A stretch of 64,000 nt of DNA from Octopus sinensis (Eukaryota). How positions within the stretch are numbered: the first letter of the stretch is position 1; every line of letters begins with the position of its first letter. Location of the stretch: NCBI RefSeq assembly GCF_006345805.1, contig NC_043000.1:136586001-136650000 (forward strand), read 5' to 3'. A program made the position numbers and the translations under genes. This document shows positions 39,229 to 51,709 of the stretch, in pieces. Below the pieces are notes generated by a model that was not told where the DNA came from, did not search any database, and saw only the letters and a list, made by a program, of their open reading frames with translations.

Positions 39229-39749
39229 TTACTTTTAATCTGTATATTTGTTACAGTCACTCACCGAGACACACCCAGTGTCCTAGGGTGAATGAAGGAT
39301 GAGAGATGTTACAGTATGACTGAAAGCTCGGGGAGGGAAATTGGAAGGGGCAGTAGCAAAATATCTTCATGTAATGCAACATAGACATTTAAATTGATAG
39401 GGTTTTCCTAAGGATGTGAGCAGTACTTGTCAGCACAATGTTTTGGATTTCTCTGAGACATGGTTCTCCTGGGATATTATCTAGATATTTCTGACATCCC
39501 TTTCTTATCATAACTAGGGCACCCACAATAACAGGAACAGTTCTTGCTTTAAGATGCCACATCTTTTGTATTTCAAATTCCAGTTCCTTATATTTACTTA
39601 ATTTCTCAAATTCCTTTACAGATATATTTTTATCAGTGGGAACACTTACATCTATTAGTCTGGTGGTATTTTCTTCTCTGCCTTTATTAACTAAGTCTGA
39701 TCGATTAGCCTGGATCATTCTGTTGGTGTTGAGTGGAAAATTCCAGTAG
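39229..39749 (-). mobile_element. 5'-truncated R4/Dong-clade non-LTR retrotransposon (restriction-like endonuclease + 3'UTR)
   Basis: YWNFPLNTNRMIQANRSDLV..LIDVSVPTDKNISVKEFEKLSKYKEL..VPVIVGAL..IQNIVLTSTAHILRK, open to the stop at 39389; (TAA)n on both flanks. Confidence 0.9.
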
Positions 39750-39768
39750 TTATTATTATTATTATTAT

Positions 39769-39810
<42 letters not shown>

Positions 39811-39818
39811 CGGCGGCG

Positions 39819-39876
<58 letters not shown>

Positions 39877-39904
39877 GAAGAGGAGGAGGAGGAGGAAAAG
39901 GAGT

Positions 39905-40030
39905 AGGACACATGGCCTAGTGGTTAGGGTGTTGCACTCATGATCACAAGATTGTAGTTTCAATTACTAGACCTGGTGGTGCATTGTGTTCTTGCGTAAA
40001 ACACTTTATCTTACATTGCTCTGTAATCAC
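39905..40030 (+). mobile_element. Old tRNA-derived SINE head
   Basis: tggcctagtggttagggtg A box, decayed B box, ttgtgttcttg..aaaacacttt. Confidence 0.7.
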
Positions 40031-41371
40031 TTCTATGTATTAAGAGAGATTCCTTGGGGTTTTAATAAATGTGATAAAAGCAAAGTTTGAAGGGAATATT
40101 GCCATTTTTCATACTTTTGAAGAGTAAGAAAATAAGAAATAACAATTGCTACCCAAGGACAAAATTCATGTTACACAGTGTTTACTTTTTCAGTTTTGCT
40201 CTTAAAAGTCAGATGTATATCATAACAAGCTGCAACTATTATTGGAGATAAAAATTGAAATAAGGAAAAAAAAAAAAAGAAGCTCAGTTTAATTTCAGAC
40301 AATATGTATTTGTAGAACAAAGTGTGCAGTTCTGAGAAAAGTCTTTTACCTAGTTTAGAAATGAAAAATATCAACAGAAAACATTTGATTTATTAGACTA
40401 AGTAGTTTTGCATTTACTGTGAAAATCTTACTTCATTTAGTAGAATTTTTAAAAGACAGTCATGTGGAATTGGTGCAGAGTCATGTTGTGGTAAACTAAA
40501 GAAGAAAAAAAAAACACAGAGTATTGCTATTGGAGTTATTTGGTCTGACTTGGAGGCTGAGGAATTACAGAAATTGTTTGGCAAGAATTTTAGGCAGCTT
40601 TTATCTGCTTACTCATTACTTTTTGTTTTTTATTCATTCATTTATTTATAGGTTTTGTTTATTTTTAGTGTTTCTCATTGTTTATATATTTTGTTTTATT
40701 TTTTTTTTCAATCAAATTTCACCTAAGATATCCAACTTGATAAATGAATATCTGCCAAACTGAATGTTTAGCCATTCAAATAGCTAAAATAGAAGATACA
40801 TTCTGTCTAGAAGTCAGCACGTAAATTGAATTAGAAAGTGGATAATGAAATAATAAAGACAAAAGAAAAGGCAAACCCAGTAAAGGTAGGACAAAAGGAA
40901 AAACTAAACAAACTCATATAGTTAGGAAAAGATGCACAGTCTAGTTAGCTGCTCATGGAAAACTAGTTTAACTTTAATTATTATAATTGTTTATCATTGT
41001 TGTTATGTAGCCTCTAGATTGACCATTATCTATCAGAACTTTGATGAAAGACATTCCAGAAACGACCATCCCTACTTTTTACAGACAGTGCATCAAAGAC
41101 TACATTTTCAGAATATCTCTCTTGTTTCTTTATTTTCTTTTGATTTGAAGATGATACAGTGAATTTAAGAAATATTTGGCAGCTATCTCAAGCAGATCAA
41201 GCAACCATGCCAAAACTCATTGGCTTGTACTACCAATGGTATTCTTAGTTGCTAAAGTAGTAATGCTTTGTTGAGATAGTAGTTACTTCTCACATACACA
41301 GCTTTCATATTCCTATTTGAAATATTTTGTTTTATTCTAAAAAGATCAGCAGCAATTAAAGGATGAGTTGG

Positions 41372-41373
<2 letters not shown>

Positions 41374-41424
<51 letters not shown>

Positions 41425-41725
41425 TGTGTACAGTGCTCAGGTGCACTACAACTCATCTAAAGTGTATATATAATCAGGTGTAGTTTCGGCGGATTTCGGA
41501 AAGCATGAGGGCCTTAAAGGATGCAGTGTCATGGCAGTCAACAACTGACGCAGGCAGTTTATTCCATGCTTCAGCAACTCTGAGCGTGAAAAAATGTTTC
41601 CGAAAGTCATGGGAGCTGTGTTGTTTTCTGACTTTGTAGGCATGTCCACGTGTGTTAGACACATGGAGATCAAAAAGGTGTTCAGTGTTGTTGTTGGTGA
41701 GGTGGTTGATAACTTTGTGGGTGTT
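41374..41725 (-). mobile_element. 5'-truncated CR1/L2-clade LINE 3' end with long (TTA)n tail
   Basis: NTRGHAYKVRKQHSSHDFRKHFFTLRVAEAWNKLPASVVDCHDTASFK; sister of 378-757 but with a shorter 3'UTR. Confidence 0.92.
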
Positions 41726-41827
41726 TACCAAGTCCGAATATTAACAGGCATTGTGAAAAATGTGATAGAAGAAAATGCTAAGAATTTATCTTCCATGATA
41801 TATTAAAGCCAATAATAAAACCATTTT

Positions 41828-42588
41828 AAAGGCGGCGAGCTGGTAGAAAAGTTAGCACACTTAGCAGTATTTCGTATGCCGTTACGTTCTGAGTTCAAAT
41901 TCCGCCGAGGTCAACTTTGCCTTTCATCCTTCCAGGGTCGATTAAATAAAGTACCATTTACACACTGGGGTCGATATAATCGACTTAATCCGTTTGTCTG
42001 ACCTTGTTCGTCCCCTCTGTGTTTGGCCCCTTGTGGGTAGTAAAGAAATAGGTATTTTGTCTGTCTTTAGGTTCTGAGTTCAAATTCTGCCGAGGTCAAC
42101 TTTGCCTTTCATCTTTTCAGGGTCGATAAATTAAGTACCATTTACACACTGGGGTCGATATAATCGGCTTAATCCGTTTGTCTGTCCTTGTTCGTCCCCT
42201 CTGTTTTTGGCCCCTTGTGGGTAGTAAAGAAATAGGTATTTTGTCTGTCTTTAGGTTCTGAGTTAAAATTCCGCCGAGGTCAACTTTGCCTTTCATCCTT
42301 CCAGGGTCGATTAAATAAGTACCATTTACACACTGGGGTCGATATAATCGACTTAATCCGTTTGTCTGTCCTTGTTCGTCCCCTCTGTGTTTGGCCCCTT
42401 GTGGGTAGTAAAGAAATAGGTATTTTGTCTGTCTTTAGGTTCTAAGTTCAAATTCCGCCGAGGTCAACTTTGCCTTTCATCTTTTCAGGGTCGATAAATT
42501 AATTACCAGTTGCGTACTGGGTTCGATCTAATCAACTGGCCTCCTCCCCCAAAATTTCTGGCCTTGTGCCTAGATTAGAAAAGAATAT
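41828..42588 (+). mobile_element. SINE family N tandem multimer (one head, four Nin units, alternative final tail)
   Basis: Units start at 41887, 42072, 42256 and 42440; flanking direct repeat taaaaccatttt at 41816 and 42589. Confidence 0.93.
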
Positions 42589-42706
42589 TAAAACCATTTT
42601 GATGTTGTAATTGTTTGGTAAATGACTTGATCAGTGAACATGCATTTAACTGAATCAATTACTGAATCAGGATAACCTTTTAAAAATAAACATATAGTAA
42701 TATATT

Positions 42707-43165
42707 GATTTTAAATTTTAGCACAAGATCATCAATTTCAGTGGAGGGGTCAAATCAATTACATCGACCCCAGTGTTCTACAGGTACTTATTTTATCAAA
42801 CCCAAAAGGATGAAAGGCAATGTCGACCCCAGTGGTATTTGAAATCAGAAGGTGGCGAGCTGGCAGAAACGTTAGCACACCGGGCGAAATGCGTAGCCGT
42901 ATCCCGTCTGCTGTTACGTTCTGAGTTCAAACTCCTCCGAGGTCGACTTTGCCTTTCATTCTTTCGGGGTCAATAAATTAAGTACCAGTTACGCACTGGG
43001 TCGATGTAATTGACTTAATACCTATGTCTGTCCTTGTTTGTCCCCTCTATGTTTAGCCCCTTGTGGGTAATAAAGAAATAGGTATTTGAAATCAGAATGT
43101 TAAGTTAGAAGAAATGCTACCAAACATTTTCTCCAGTGCAGTATCAATTCTGTCAGCTCGCCACC
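42707..43165 (-). mobile_element. Old N-type SINE hosting a younger copy
   Basis: 20-bp TSD taaacatatagtaatatatt at 42687 and 43166. Confidence 0.88.
42851..43080 (+). mobile_element. Young SINE family N nested in antisense orientation
   Basis: 17-bp TSD ggtatttgaaatcagaa at 42834 and 43081. Confidence 0.93.
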
Positions 43166-43194
43166 TAAACATATAGTAATATATTAAATTTTCT

Positions 43195-43424
43195 TTAAAC
43201 CCTTTCATTGCCGTATTTATTTTGAGATGCTCCGTGTTTCTTTCAGTTATTTAAAATATAACAAAGAATTTAGTAAAATAACTTAGCTATCATTCAGCCA
43301 GTGATAGGAACATAAATCGTGACAAAGGTTTGGTGGAAGATTTTAATTCAAAACTTAGGAAAACAAGACATTTGTACTACAGAGCCAGAGGCAGTTTCAG
43401 CCGGGTTGATAACAAAAGAGTTAA
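43195..43424. mobile_element. piggyBac-like MITE
   Basis: TTAA at both ends; decayed TIRs ccctttcattgcc / gataacaaaagag. Confidence 0.6.
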
Positions 43425-43604
43425 TTCTGTGTAATGCAAAAGCTTGAAAATGCAAATAAGATTATGGGATATCATATTTGATAATATTATTATAAAATAA
43501 AGAAAAGTAAATATGATGATACACATATATATTATTTAGATATTATAATATTTCTACCGTGTAAATAAGAGTATTTGGGTTTTTATAAGGTGCTCTCTCT
43601 CTCT

Positions 43605-43985
43605 CTTTTACTCTTTTAGTTGTTTCAGTCAGTTGACTGCGGCAATGCTGGAGCACTGCCTTTAGTCACGCAACTCGACCCCGGGACTTATTCTATCAGT
43701 CTTTTTTGCCAAACTGCTAAGTGACGGGGACGTAAACACACCAGCATCGGTTATCAAGCAATGCTAGGGGGACAGACACAGACACACAAACATACACGCA
43801 CACATATATACATATATACGACGAGCTTCTTTCAGTTTCCGTCCACCAAATTCACTCACAAGGCTTTGGTCGGCCTCAGGCTATAGTAGAAGACACTTGC
43901 CTAAGGTGCCACGCAGTGGGACTGAACCCGGAACCATGTGGTTGGTAAGCAAGCTACTTACCACACAGCCACTCCTGCGCCTATA
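43605..43985 (-). mobile_element. SINE family A
   Basis: Colinear with other family A copies. Confidence 0.92.
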
Positions 43986-44672
43986 TATATTCTAGAAATT
44001 GTTTCAGACAATCAGGTTACACCTTCTAAAAACAATGCCAGGGTTTAGGACAGACAAGTAGTCATTCAAGAAAGAGCCTGTCAGAATTGATGAGCTCTAT
44101 CATATTATCTGTTAAATGCAGTAATATTATTCATAATCAAAAGAGAAAATATATTTCAATGGTGGAAGAGGCTTATTAGTAGAGGCTTATTCCCAAAGTT
44201 ATTAAGATTATGAAATTACAAAAGTGAAATATTTCTTCTCAACAGTATTAAATGAATACAAATATGTGATCATATTAATCAGTAAGGAATTTAAGTCTGA
44301 ATATGAGTTCTCTCATCATGTGTCAGTTTATACAAATGAATCAATTCTTCTCTGAAACCTAACTTCAGATTCTAGAAAAAGACTGGAAATATTCATCGCT
44401 TTTGAGAAAGTAGAGAGTTAGGTGCAAATCCGTTGATTTAAAATACATGAATGTCAGCCTTATAATTTAGATACTCAATCAAGTGCAAGTGTACTTTTTA
44501 GTATGGATGTATACCTGTGAATGTAAAGGCCACACACATACATACATACATACATACATACATACATACATACATACATGCATACATACATACATACATA
44601 CATACATACATACATGCACATGCATGCATGCATACATACATACATACATACATGCATGCATGCATACATACA

Positions 44673-44706
<34 letters not shown>

Positions 44707-44823
44707 CATACATACAGACAGACACATATATATTTATATATATAAATATATATATAAATTTCTTTTCGTAATGAGATAAAAAAACCAAGGCTGTGTAGAT
44801 TATAGAACATTTATAGATAGAAG

Positions 44824-44871
44824 GTCTTACAACTGTTTCCAGGATATTTATTATATCTCTTCATTGGAGAA
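44824..44871 (-). ncRNA. Decayed type I hammerhead motif (third family, copy 2)
   Basis: Minus strand ttct CCAATGA a GAGATAT aataa ATATCCT g GAAAC AGTT GTA AGAC; homologous to 50852-50899 including flanks. Confidence 0.65.
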
Positions 44872-45084
44872 ATTGTGAGTAATAGTTAATTTAGATAAGA
44901 TACAAAATAGATGTGAGATGTTTAGGGATATTGTATTTGTAGATCCATTTTTTTTAGGCAGAATGGTATGGTATACATATAAGATTCCAATACCTTATGA
45001 GTAAAATCCATATATATATATATATATACACAATGCATAAATATTTATATATACATATATGAATATATATGTGTGCATGTGTGT

Positions 45085-45385
45085 GCACCAACCGAATGTG
45101 GCCGTTGCCAGTGCTGCCTTGGCTGGCTTCCGTGCCGCTGGCACGTTAAAAGCTCCAACTGATCGTGGCCGATGCCGACCCCCCCTCCTGGCACCTGTGC
45201 AGGTGGCACATAAAAAGCACCCACTACACTCGCGGAGTGGTTGGCATTAGGAAGGGCATCCAGCTGTAGAAACTCTGCCAGATCAGACTGGAGCCTGGTG
45301 CAGCCCCTGGCTTCCCAGACTCCGGTCGAACCGTCCAACCCGTGCTAGTGCGGAAAACGGACGTTAAACGATGATGATAATGATA
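45085..45385 (+). mobile_element. SINE-like family B (followed by an older copy at ~45460-45700)
   Basis: Subunits plus tail ggacgttaaacgatgatg. Confidence 0.9.
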
Positions 45386-45719
45386 TGTGTGTATGTGTAT
45401 GTGTGCATATGTGTAAAACTGTACCTCACAGCAGAAGTGTTAAGACTAATCCTTCTGGTAGCGGTGCCACATAAAAGTTACCATGTGGTGCCATGTAAAA
45501 GCACCCAGCACACTCTGTAAAGTGGTTGGCATTAAGAAGGGCACCAAGCTGTAGAAACCATGCCAAATCAAACTTGAGTCTGGTGAAGCTCCCTAGTGTG
45601 CCAGCTCTGGTCACACTGTCCAGCCCCTGCCAGCATGGACAACCAGGGTGAAATGACGATGATTATAATGATGATGATGATGATAGTGATGTTGATGATG
45701 ATGATGAAAACTCATTCTG

Positions 45720-46100
45720 CCCCATCAAGCATTCCTTACATCTCATTTCCCTTAAACCCTGCCACCCATCACCTCTCTATCCATAGTACTATTTTAAAAC
45801 TGTAATCACTTGAAGGCAGTATTGACACTCACTAGTCCTCCCCTTTCTTTGTACTACCAGTTACCTCCACCCTGCTGAAACCACCTCCATCTCTTATGCC
45901 CATTATCCTCCCTTCCTCACCCCACACTATTTTTACCTCTTTTCTGTACCTTCAGCTATCTCTCTCCTCTACCATGCAACATTTCAATGTTTCACATACC
46001 TACTATCTTTCAGGGCACCCTCTCATATCCAAAATCATGCCCCACTCGTTATACACTCTCATACTCGACATCTCTCTCCTCACCACTCCTGCACCTTGCT
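45720..46100 (-). mobile_element. Very old RTE-like C-terminal remnant
   Basis: Faint LxWxGHVxR and EVxGxxxRGRP-like traces on the minus strand. Confidence 0.35.
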
Positions 46101-46355
46101 TATTATAGCCGTATATTCTAGGTCTATCCACCAAGAGGAGGTAAAGCTACAGTGAAGGAGTTCTTCCTCTTGAAGGACAAGAACTGGTACTAGCATGGGA
46201 TCAAAGAAGTAGCAAAAAGGTGGCTTCAAACAGTGGAACACAATGGCTTCTATTTTGAATTCTAGACTACTTTTGTGGTTACTTGATGAATAAGTTACCA
46301 AACCAATGGAGAAATTTTGACTCGGCACAATACATACACATACATAAACAGACAG

Positions 46356-46404
<49 letters not shown>

Positions 46405-46445
46405 CATGCATGCATGCATAAGTACAAGTGTAATTTGTTTATGGT

Positions 46446-46756
46446 TTGTTGTTGTTGTTTGTTCTGTCTTGAGTCATGCCTGGCTCATAAGGGCCAGTTT
46501 CCCGGTTTCATTGGCGTATAGGTTCCCTACCTGGATGGAATGCTGGTTCATCACAGGTGAGCTGCTAGATGCAGGAGAAAAGAGTGATTGAAAGTTGTGG
46601 TGAAAGAGTCAGCAGAAGTTTGCCATTACCTTCTGTTGGAGCCGCATGGAGCTTAGGTGTTTCACTCATAAACACACATCGCCCAGTCTGAAGTTCGAAC
46701 ATAAAATCCCTCAACCGCGAGTCCACTGCTCTAACCACTAGGCTATGTGCCTCCAC
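46446..46756 (-). mobile_element. tRNA-derived SINE family C
   Basis: Homologous to 8629-8927; TSD tttgtttatggt at 46434 and 46757. Confidence 0.92.
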
Positions 46757-47240
46757 TTTGTTTATGGTCTAGGTTGTTAAATTAACAAGTCGCCTGTATG
46801 TTATGTTACAAGCAAGTAAAGTACAGACTGCTTTTGTGTGGTAAAATTAGTTACAGCAGACTATTGTTTAAACTAATATTTATTTGATTTTAATTACATA
46901 GCTATGAAATACTTTTAATGTTCACAGAAATACAGGGCCAGCAATAAACCAATAGTAATTATCTTTGATGGTTGCAGTTAGGAAAGCCATGATTATACTG
47001 TAAAGAAGAACACATCAAATCATAATTACTCCCAATGAATAGTTTAACACACCTTCGATGAATGTTATTTCTCCTTGATATTTCTTCATACAAGTGAAAT
47101 CAAATTTCACATTCAAACGAAATTCTTTATTAAAATGACACTTCCTTCAAAACATATATCTATATTAGTTTAAGAGCATACAAATATTCTTGTCTATGTC
47201 AAAATTGCTTGAGAAGAGATCAAGTTAAATGGTTTCTTTA

Positions 47241-47618
47241 TCTATATATATAAAGCTGAAGTTGTCTGTGTGTGGCAGGTTTGGTAACCTTCAACTAACA
47301 CTATCTCCTCCAAGACCCTGCGGCACAAGTTGACCAAAATTGAAGGTATGATAGAAGGCTTGTTCTTCATTCCGTAGAAGATAAAATTCAAATTGGACCA
47401 GATTAAGACCAAAAATTATTTACATCAAAAAGGTGCTTTTTTTCTATGAAAATCCCTATTTTTTACGATTTTTTTTTTACTGTTGTGTCGCCATTTTTTG
47501 GTGTATTTCAACCAGAAAAATGTTCACTTAAGCTACATAATGCAAAATTTTTACTTTTCAAAAATTCCAATTCTAAAGGGTCAAAACAAACCTGAGCAAC
47601 ACCGGGTGATACTGCTAG
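47241..47618 (+). mobile_element. Non-autonomous Helitron
   Basis: A|TCTATATATATAAAG...hairpin cctgagcaacaccggg..CTAG|T; second copy at 54677-55067. Confidence 0.92.
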
Positions 47619-48051
47619 TCAGTTTATACATCTGCAGATGATTCATTCTCAGTCATTCCCCAACAACATATGCTTAAAACTTATATGGAGTAGTCAGTGT
47701 ACCAGTGACCAGTTGGTTTACTCTTGCAAAAGTTTACTAGTACTAAGAGCATAGTTTACTCAACTAGAAATGTGTTAAAGCAACGTTGGATGCATTAGTG
47801 ACTTCAGTTCCAGATTTTTCTTCAAGATTCACTCCTGAAGTCTTTGCCATGGATATCTATAGCTATAAGGCAACAGAAGTCAAGAATAAGAGCTTGCACC
47901 ATCTCAATGTAAAAATCAAAATGAACACTTTAAAGATCATTGCAATAATTTCATTTGTTTTTGTTCAGAATTTGGCTACTTCATAACAGAATAGATAACA
48001 TTGCCTCAATCATATATAGTGAAATTAAAAGTTTTATCAGTCTTCTTATCA

Positions 48052-48472
48052 TATAAGCGTAGGAGTGGCTGTGTGGTAATTAGCTTGCTTCCCAACCACA
48101 TGGTTCCAGGTTCAGTCCCACTGCCTCGCACCTTGGGCAAGTGTCTTCTACTATAGCCTCAGGCTGACCAAAGCCTTGGGAGTGGATTTTGTAGACTGAA
48201 ACTGAAACAAGCCCATCGTATATATGTATATATATATACATATACATGTATGTGTGTGTATATGTTTGTGTGTCTGTGTTTGTCCCCCCAACATTGCTTG
48301 ACAACCGATGCTGGTGTGTTTACATCCCTGTAACTTAGCGGTTCGGCAAAAGAGACCAATAGAATAAGTACTAGGCTTACAAAGAATAAGTACTGGGATC
48401 GATTTGCTCAATTAAAAAAGGTGGTGCTCCAGCATGGCCACAGTCAAAATGACTGAAACAAGTAAGAGAGTA
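48052..48472 (+). mobile_element. SINE family A
   Basis: Full head-to-tail match to other copies. Confidence 0.92.
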
Positions 48473-48949
48473 TATTCCTCACTTTCAATACTCTCTTTTT
48501 CCCTCCTCTTATGCCTTCCATGTCAATCACGAAACTAATTACCACCAATTCTTGTATACTCACTTATTACTCACACCTTTAACATTCTTACCAATTATTT
48601 TCATGCTTTTCTATTACTCTCTACTCTCATCCATTTGTTATGATTCTCTTTCATCACTCTCTGGTTTATCAGCTGAGGACAAGATGTCCACAGTACTAAT
48701 GAATGAAAGAAATATGTAATAAAGTGTAGAGAAAATACATTCATCTTGCTGAAAGTAAGGCAACCTCTTCAGTGATGGTGATTATGATAAACTTGACCAA
48801 GTGCATGTGATAAAATGGTTGGTAATCAAATGGGCATCTAGCCATAAAAATCATACCAGAATTGGAAGTATGACCCATCCAATCCATTTCTCCATAGAAG
48901 AGCGGATGTTAAATTATGACAGTGATTACATATATGTATATATATATAT

Positions 48950-49260
48950 GGAGGCGCAATGGCCCAGTGGTTAGGGTAGTGGACTTGCGTTTGTAGGATC
49001 ACGGTTTTGATTCCCAGACTGGGCATTGTGAGTGTTTATTGAGCGAAAACACTTAAAGCTCCATGAGGCTCCAGCAGTGTGTGGTGGCGATCCCTGCTGT
49101 ACTATTTTGCCACAACTTTCTCTCATTCTTTTTTCTGTTGGCCTGCTCGCTTAGCCAGTGGGGTGGCGTCATTTGAAGGCTAAAAAACAATGTGAAGCGC
49201 ATTGTGACCGGCGATGTGTAGCAACATCTGATAGACTGGTTGGTCATGGTGATCACAGTG
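48950..49260 (+). mobile_element. tRNA-derived SINE family D (C-like head, distinct hairpin tail) in (TA)n
   Basis: tggcccagtggttagg A box; tail tgtgaccggcgatgtgtagcaacatctgatagactggttggtca; (TA)n on both sides. Confidence 0.88.
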
Positions 49261-49559
49261 ATATATATATATATATATATATTTACTTATGAGTCATACA
49301 TTTAAACTCCAAAACACCAGCCAAAACTACTGAACCATAACAAAACCAGCTCACCAAACAAGCCTTTCTTGGCTCCACAACAGCTATTAGAAATCAGTAC
49401 AATCGTGAACTACCATTTGATCATGTGACTGCCGTCAATCAACCACATTGTTTTTTAAAAAGAAGGCAATTTTGAGTCACCATCTCTGTATAAAATAATG
49501 GTAACTGTTAAATTCCATCCAGATGTGAGATCTTACAACCTGATGTGAGAACTATAAAT

Positions 49560-49975
49560 ACTCTTTTTACTCTTTTTACTTGTTTCAGTCATTTGACTGC
49601 GGCCATGCTGGAGCACCGCCTTTAGTCGAGCAAATCGACCCCGGGACTTATTCTTTGTAAGCCCAGTACTTATTCTATCGGTCTCTTTTGCTGAACCGCT
49701 AAGTGACGGGGACGTAAACACACCAGTATCGGTTGTCAAGCAATGCTAGGGGGACAAACACAGACACACAAACACACACACATACATACATATATATACA
49801 TATATACGACAGGCTTCTTTCAGTTTCCGTCTACCAAATCCACTCACAAGGCATTGGTCGGCCCGGGGCTATAGCAGAAGACACTTGCCCGCCCAAGATG
49901 CCACGCAGTGGGACTGAACCCGGAACCTTGTTGTTGGTTAGCAAGCTACTTACCACACAGCCACTCCTGCGCCTA
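49560..49975 (-). mobile_element. SINE family A, young
   Basis: CpG-rich full-length copy. Confidence 0.93.
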
Positions 49976-50507
49976 AATGATGTGTTATTTCTCTACTTGC
50001 CATTTTTTTCTATTTAAAATGCTACAAACAATTATGGTTTCTGATCACAGTGAGACTAAAACTTTAGCACCCACTGATCAACAAACCAGACACATTTTAT
50101 CTTCTTGTCAAAAACTCTATTACTTGACTTGGATATATTTATGTAAACTAATTCTGTCTTCTTATCATTGTAAAAATTTTATTGCCTGATCTGAATGTTT
50201 TTATGTAAACTATTTCTTGATTCATCAGAGAGGATACACAAAGCCTCAAACTTTTTCTTATCATTGTCAAAGATGCTATTACTTGAATTGAATACATTTA
50301 TGTAAGCTAATTTTTGACACCACAGAGGACACCACAAAGCCTCACATTTTACTTTTGAAAATCTTTTTAAATAAGTGAAACTGGTTAAGTTCATAAATAC
50401 TTTTAAAAGACTCCTACATTTTCAGATTTTTCCCCTTATATTTTTATTCATGCAGTAACCCCAACTTTATATATATAAGTAAAGTTACATATATATATAT
50501 ATATATG

Positions 50508-50548
<41 letters not shown>

Positions 50549-50550
<2 letters not shown>

Positions 50551-50770
50551 TTGTGAGTGTTTATTGAGCGAAAACACCAAAAAATCTCCACGAGGCTCCG
50601 GCAAGAGGGGGGGGTGATCCCTGCTGTACTCTTTCACCACTCTTTCTTCTGTTGGCCTGCTCGCTTAGCCAGCGAGGTGGCATCATTCAAAGGCTAAAAC
50701 AATGTGAACACATTGTGACCAGCGATGTGTAACAACATCTGATGGTCTGGTCAGTCACGTGATCACATGA
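50549..50770 (+). mobile_element. 5'-truncated SINE family D in (TA)n
   Basis: Homologous to 49024-49260; (TA)n on both sides. Confidence 0.88.
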
Positions 50771-50851
50771 TATATATATATATATATATATATAACGAAT
50801 TAGTCCTTATTTCGAATTCAAATATTTACCTCTATTTAACCATCTCACATT

Positions 50852-50899
50852 GTCTCTGATGAAGAGATCTCCATAATATCCCAGAAACAACTGTAAGAC
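50852..50899 (+). ncRNA. Minimal type I hammerhead ribozyme motif (third family, best-preserved copy)
   Basis: GTCT CTGATGA a GAGAT ctccataat ATCCC a GAAAC AACT GTA AGAC: both core boxes intact, stem I GTCT/AGAC, short stem III, GUA triplet. Confidence 0.78.
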
Positions 50900-51260
50900 T
50901 AGAGCTATATATTTTTCCTTATAAATGACCTGAAAACTTCTCACACCCTTGGCTTTGTTATCTCATTTTATCTAACATATATATATGCATGTCAATACAA
51001 GATCCACTCAGACTCTTCACTTGTATCACTATCAAACCAAGAGTTTAACACCGTAAGTCCATAGCACTTACTTAACATTACCTGCCACTCTTTGGGACTT
51101 CTAGATACCAATACCTCTCACATATATATATATGTATGCATGTATATATATATGTACGCATGTATGTACGTTTTTTCTGAGTTTTATGTAAGTTCTTAAG
51201 AGAGTTCAATCCAGTCACTAACAAAGCAAACAAGACTTTTTGAGTTTAGAATTTTCCCAG

Positions 51261-51348
<88 letters not shown>

Positions 51349-51709
51349 GATCTATCTACGCACATATGTATGCATAGCAAAACCTAGAATCAAACCTTAC
51401 AGTTTTAGTAACTAGGCTAAACCCACACTTAGAGCAGGTGATGTGCTCTACATATCAACCAATCAGTTTGCAGAAATATCACCCTAAATTATCGAATGCG
51501 CCAGATGTTCCTGCATAAACAGGAGTTATAAAAGTGAAAGCACACCAGAATTAGTGCAGGGGCTTCAAATGGTTCCAGAAAAGGGAGGTGGACACAGAAT
51601 TCTTGGTCACTGCTCAACCTGTGTTAAAAAGACGTACTTTGTCTTCAATGCATTTCTCCAAGCAAGTACCATGAATACAGTATCCTCACTTCTTATCACA
51701 CAAATAAGT

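Noticed and set aside
39750-39913. Poly-P/T/A/N N-terminus on the 174-aa ORF
   Set aside because: Flanking trinucleotide repeats happen to be in frame with the truncated Dong/R4 ORF.
51455-51535. CCAAT plus TATAAAA pair
   Set aside because: Common by chance in AT-rich DNA or in terminal-repeat remnants; no downstream gene evident.
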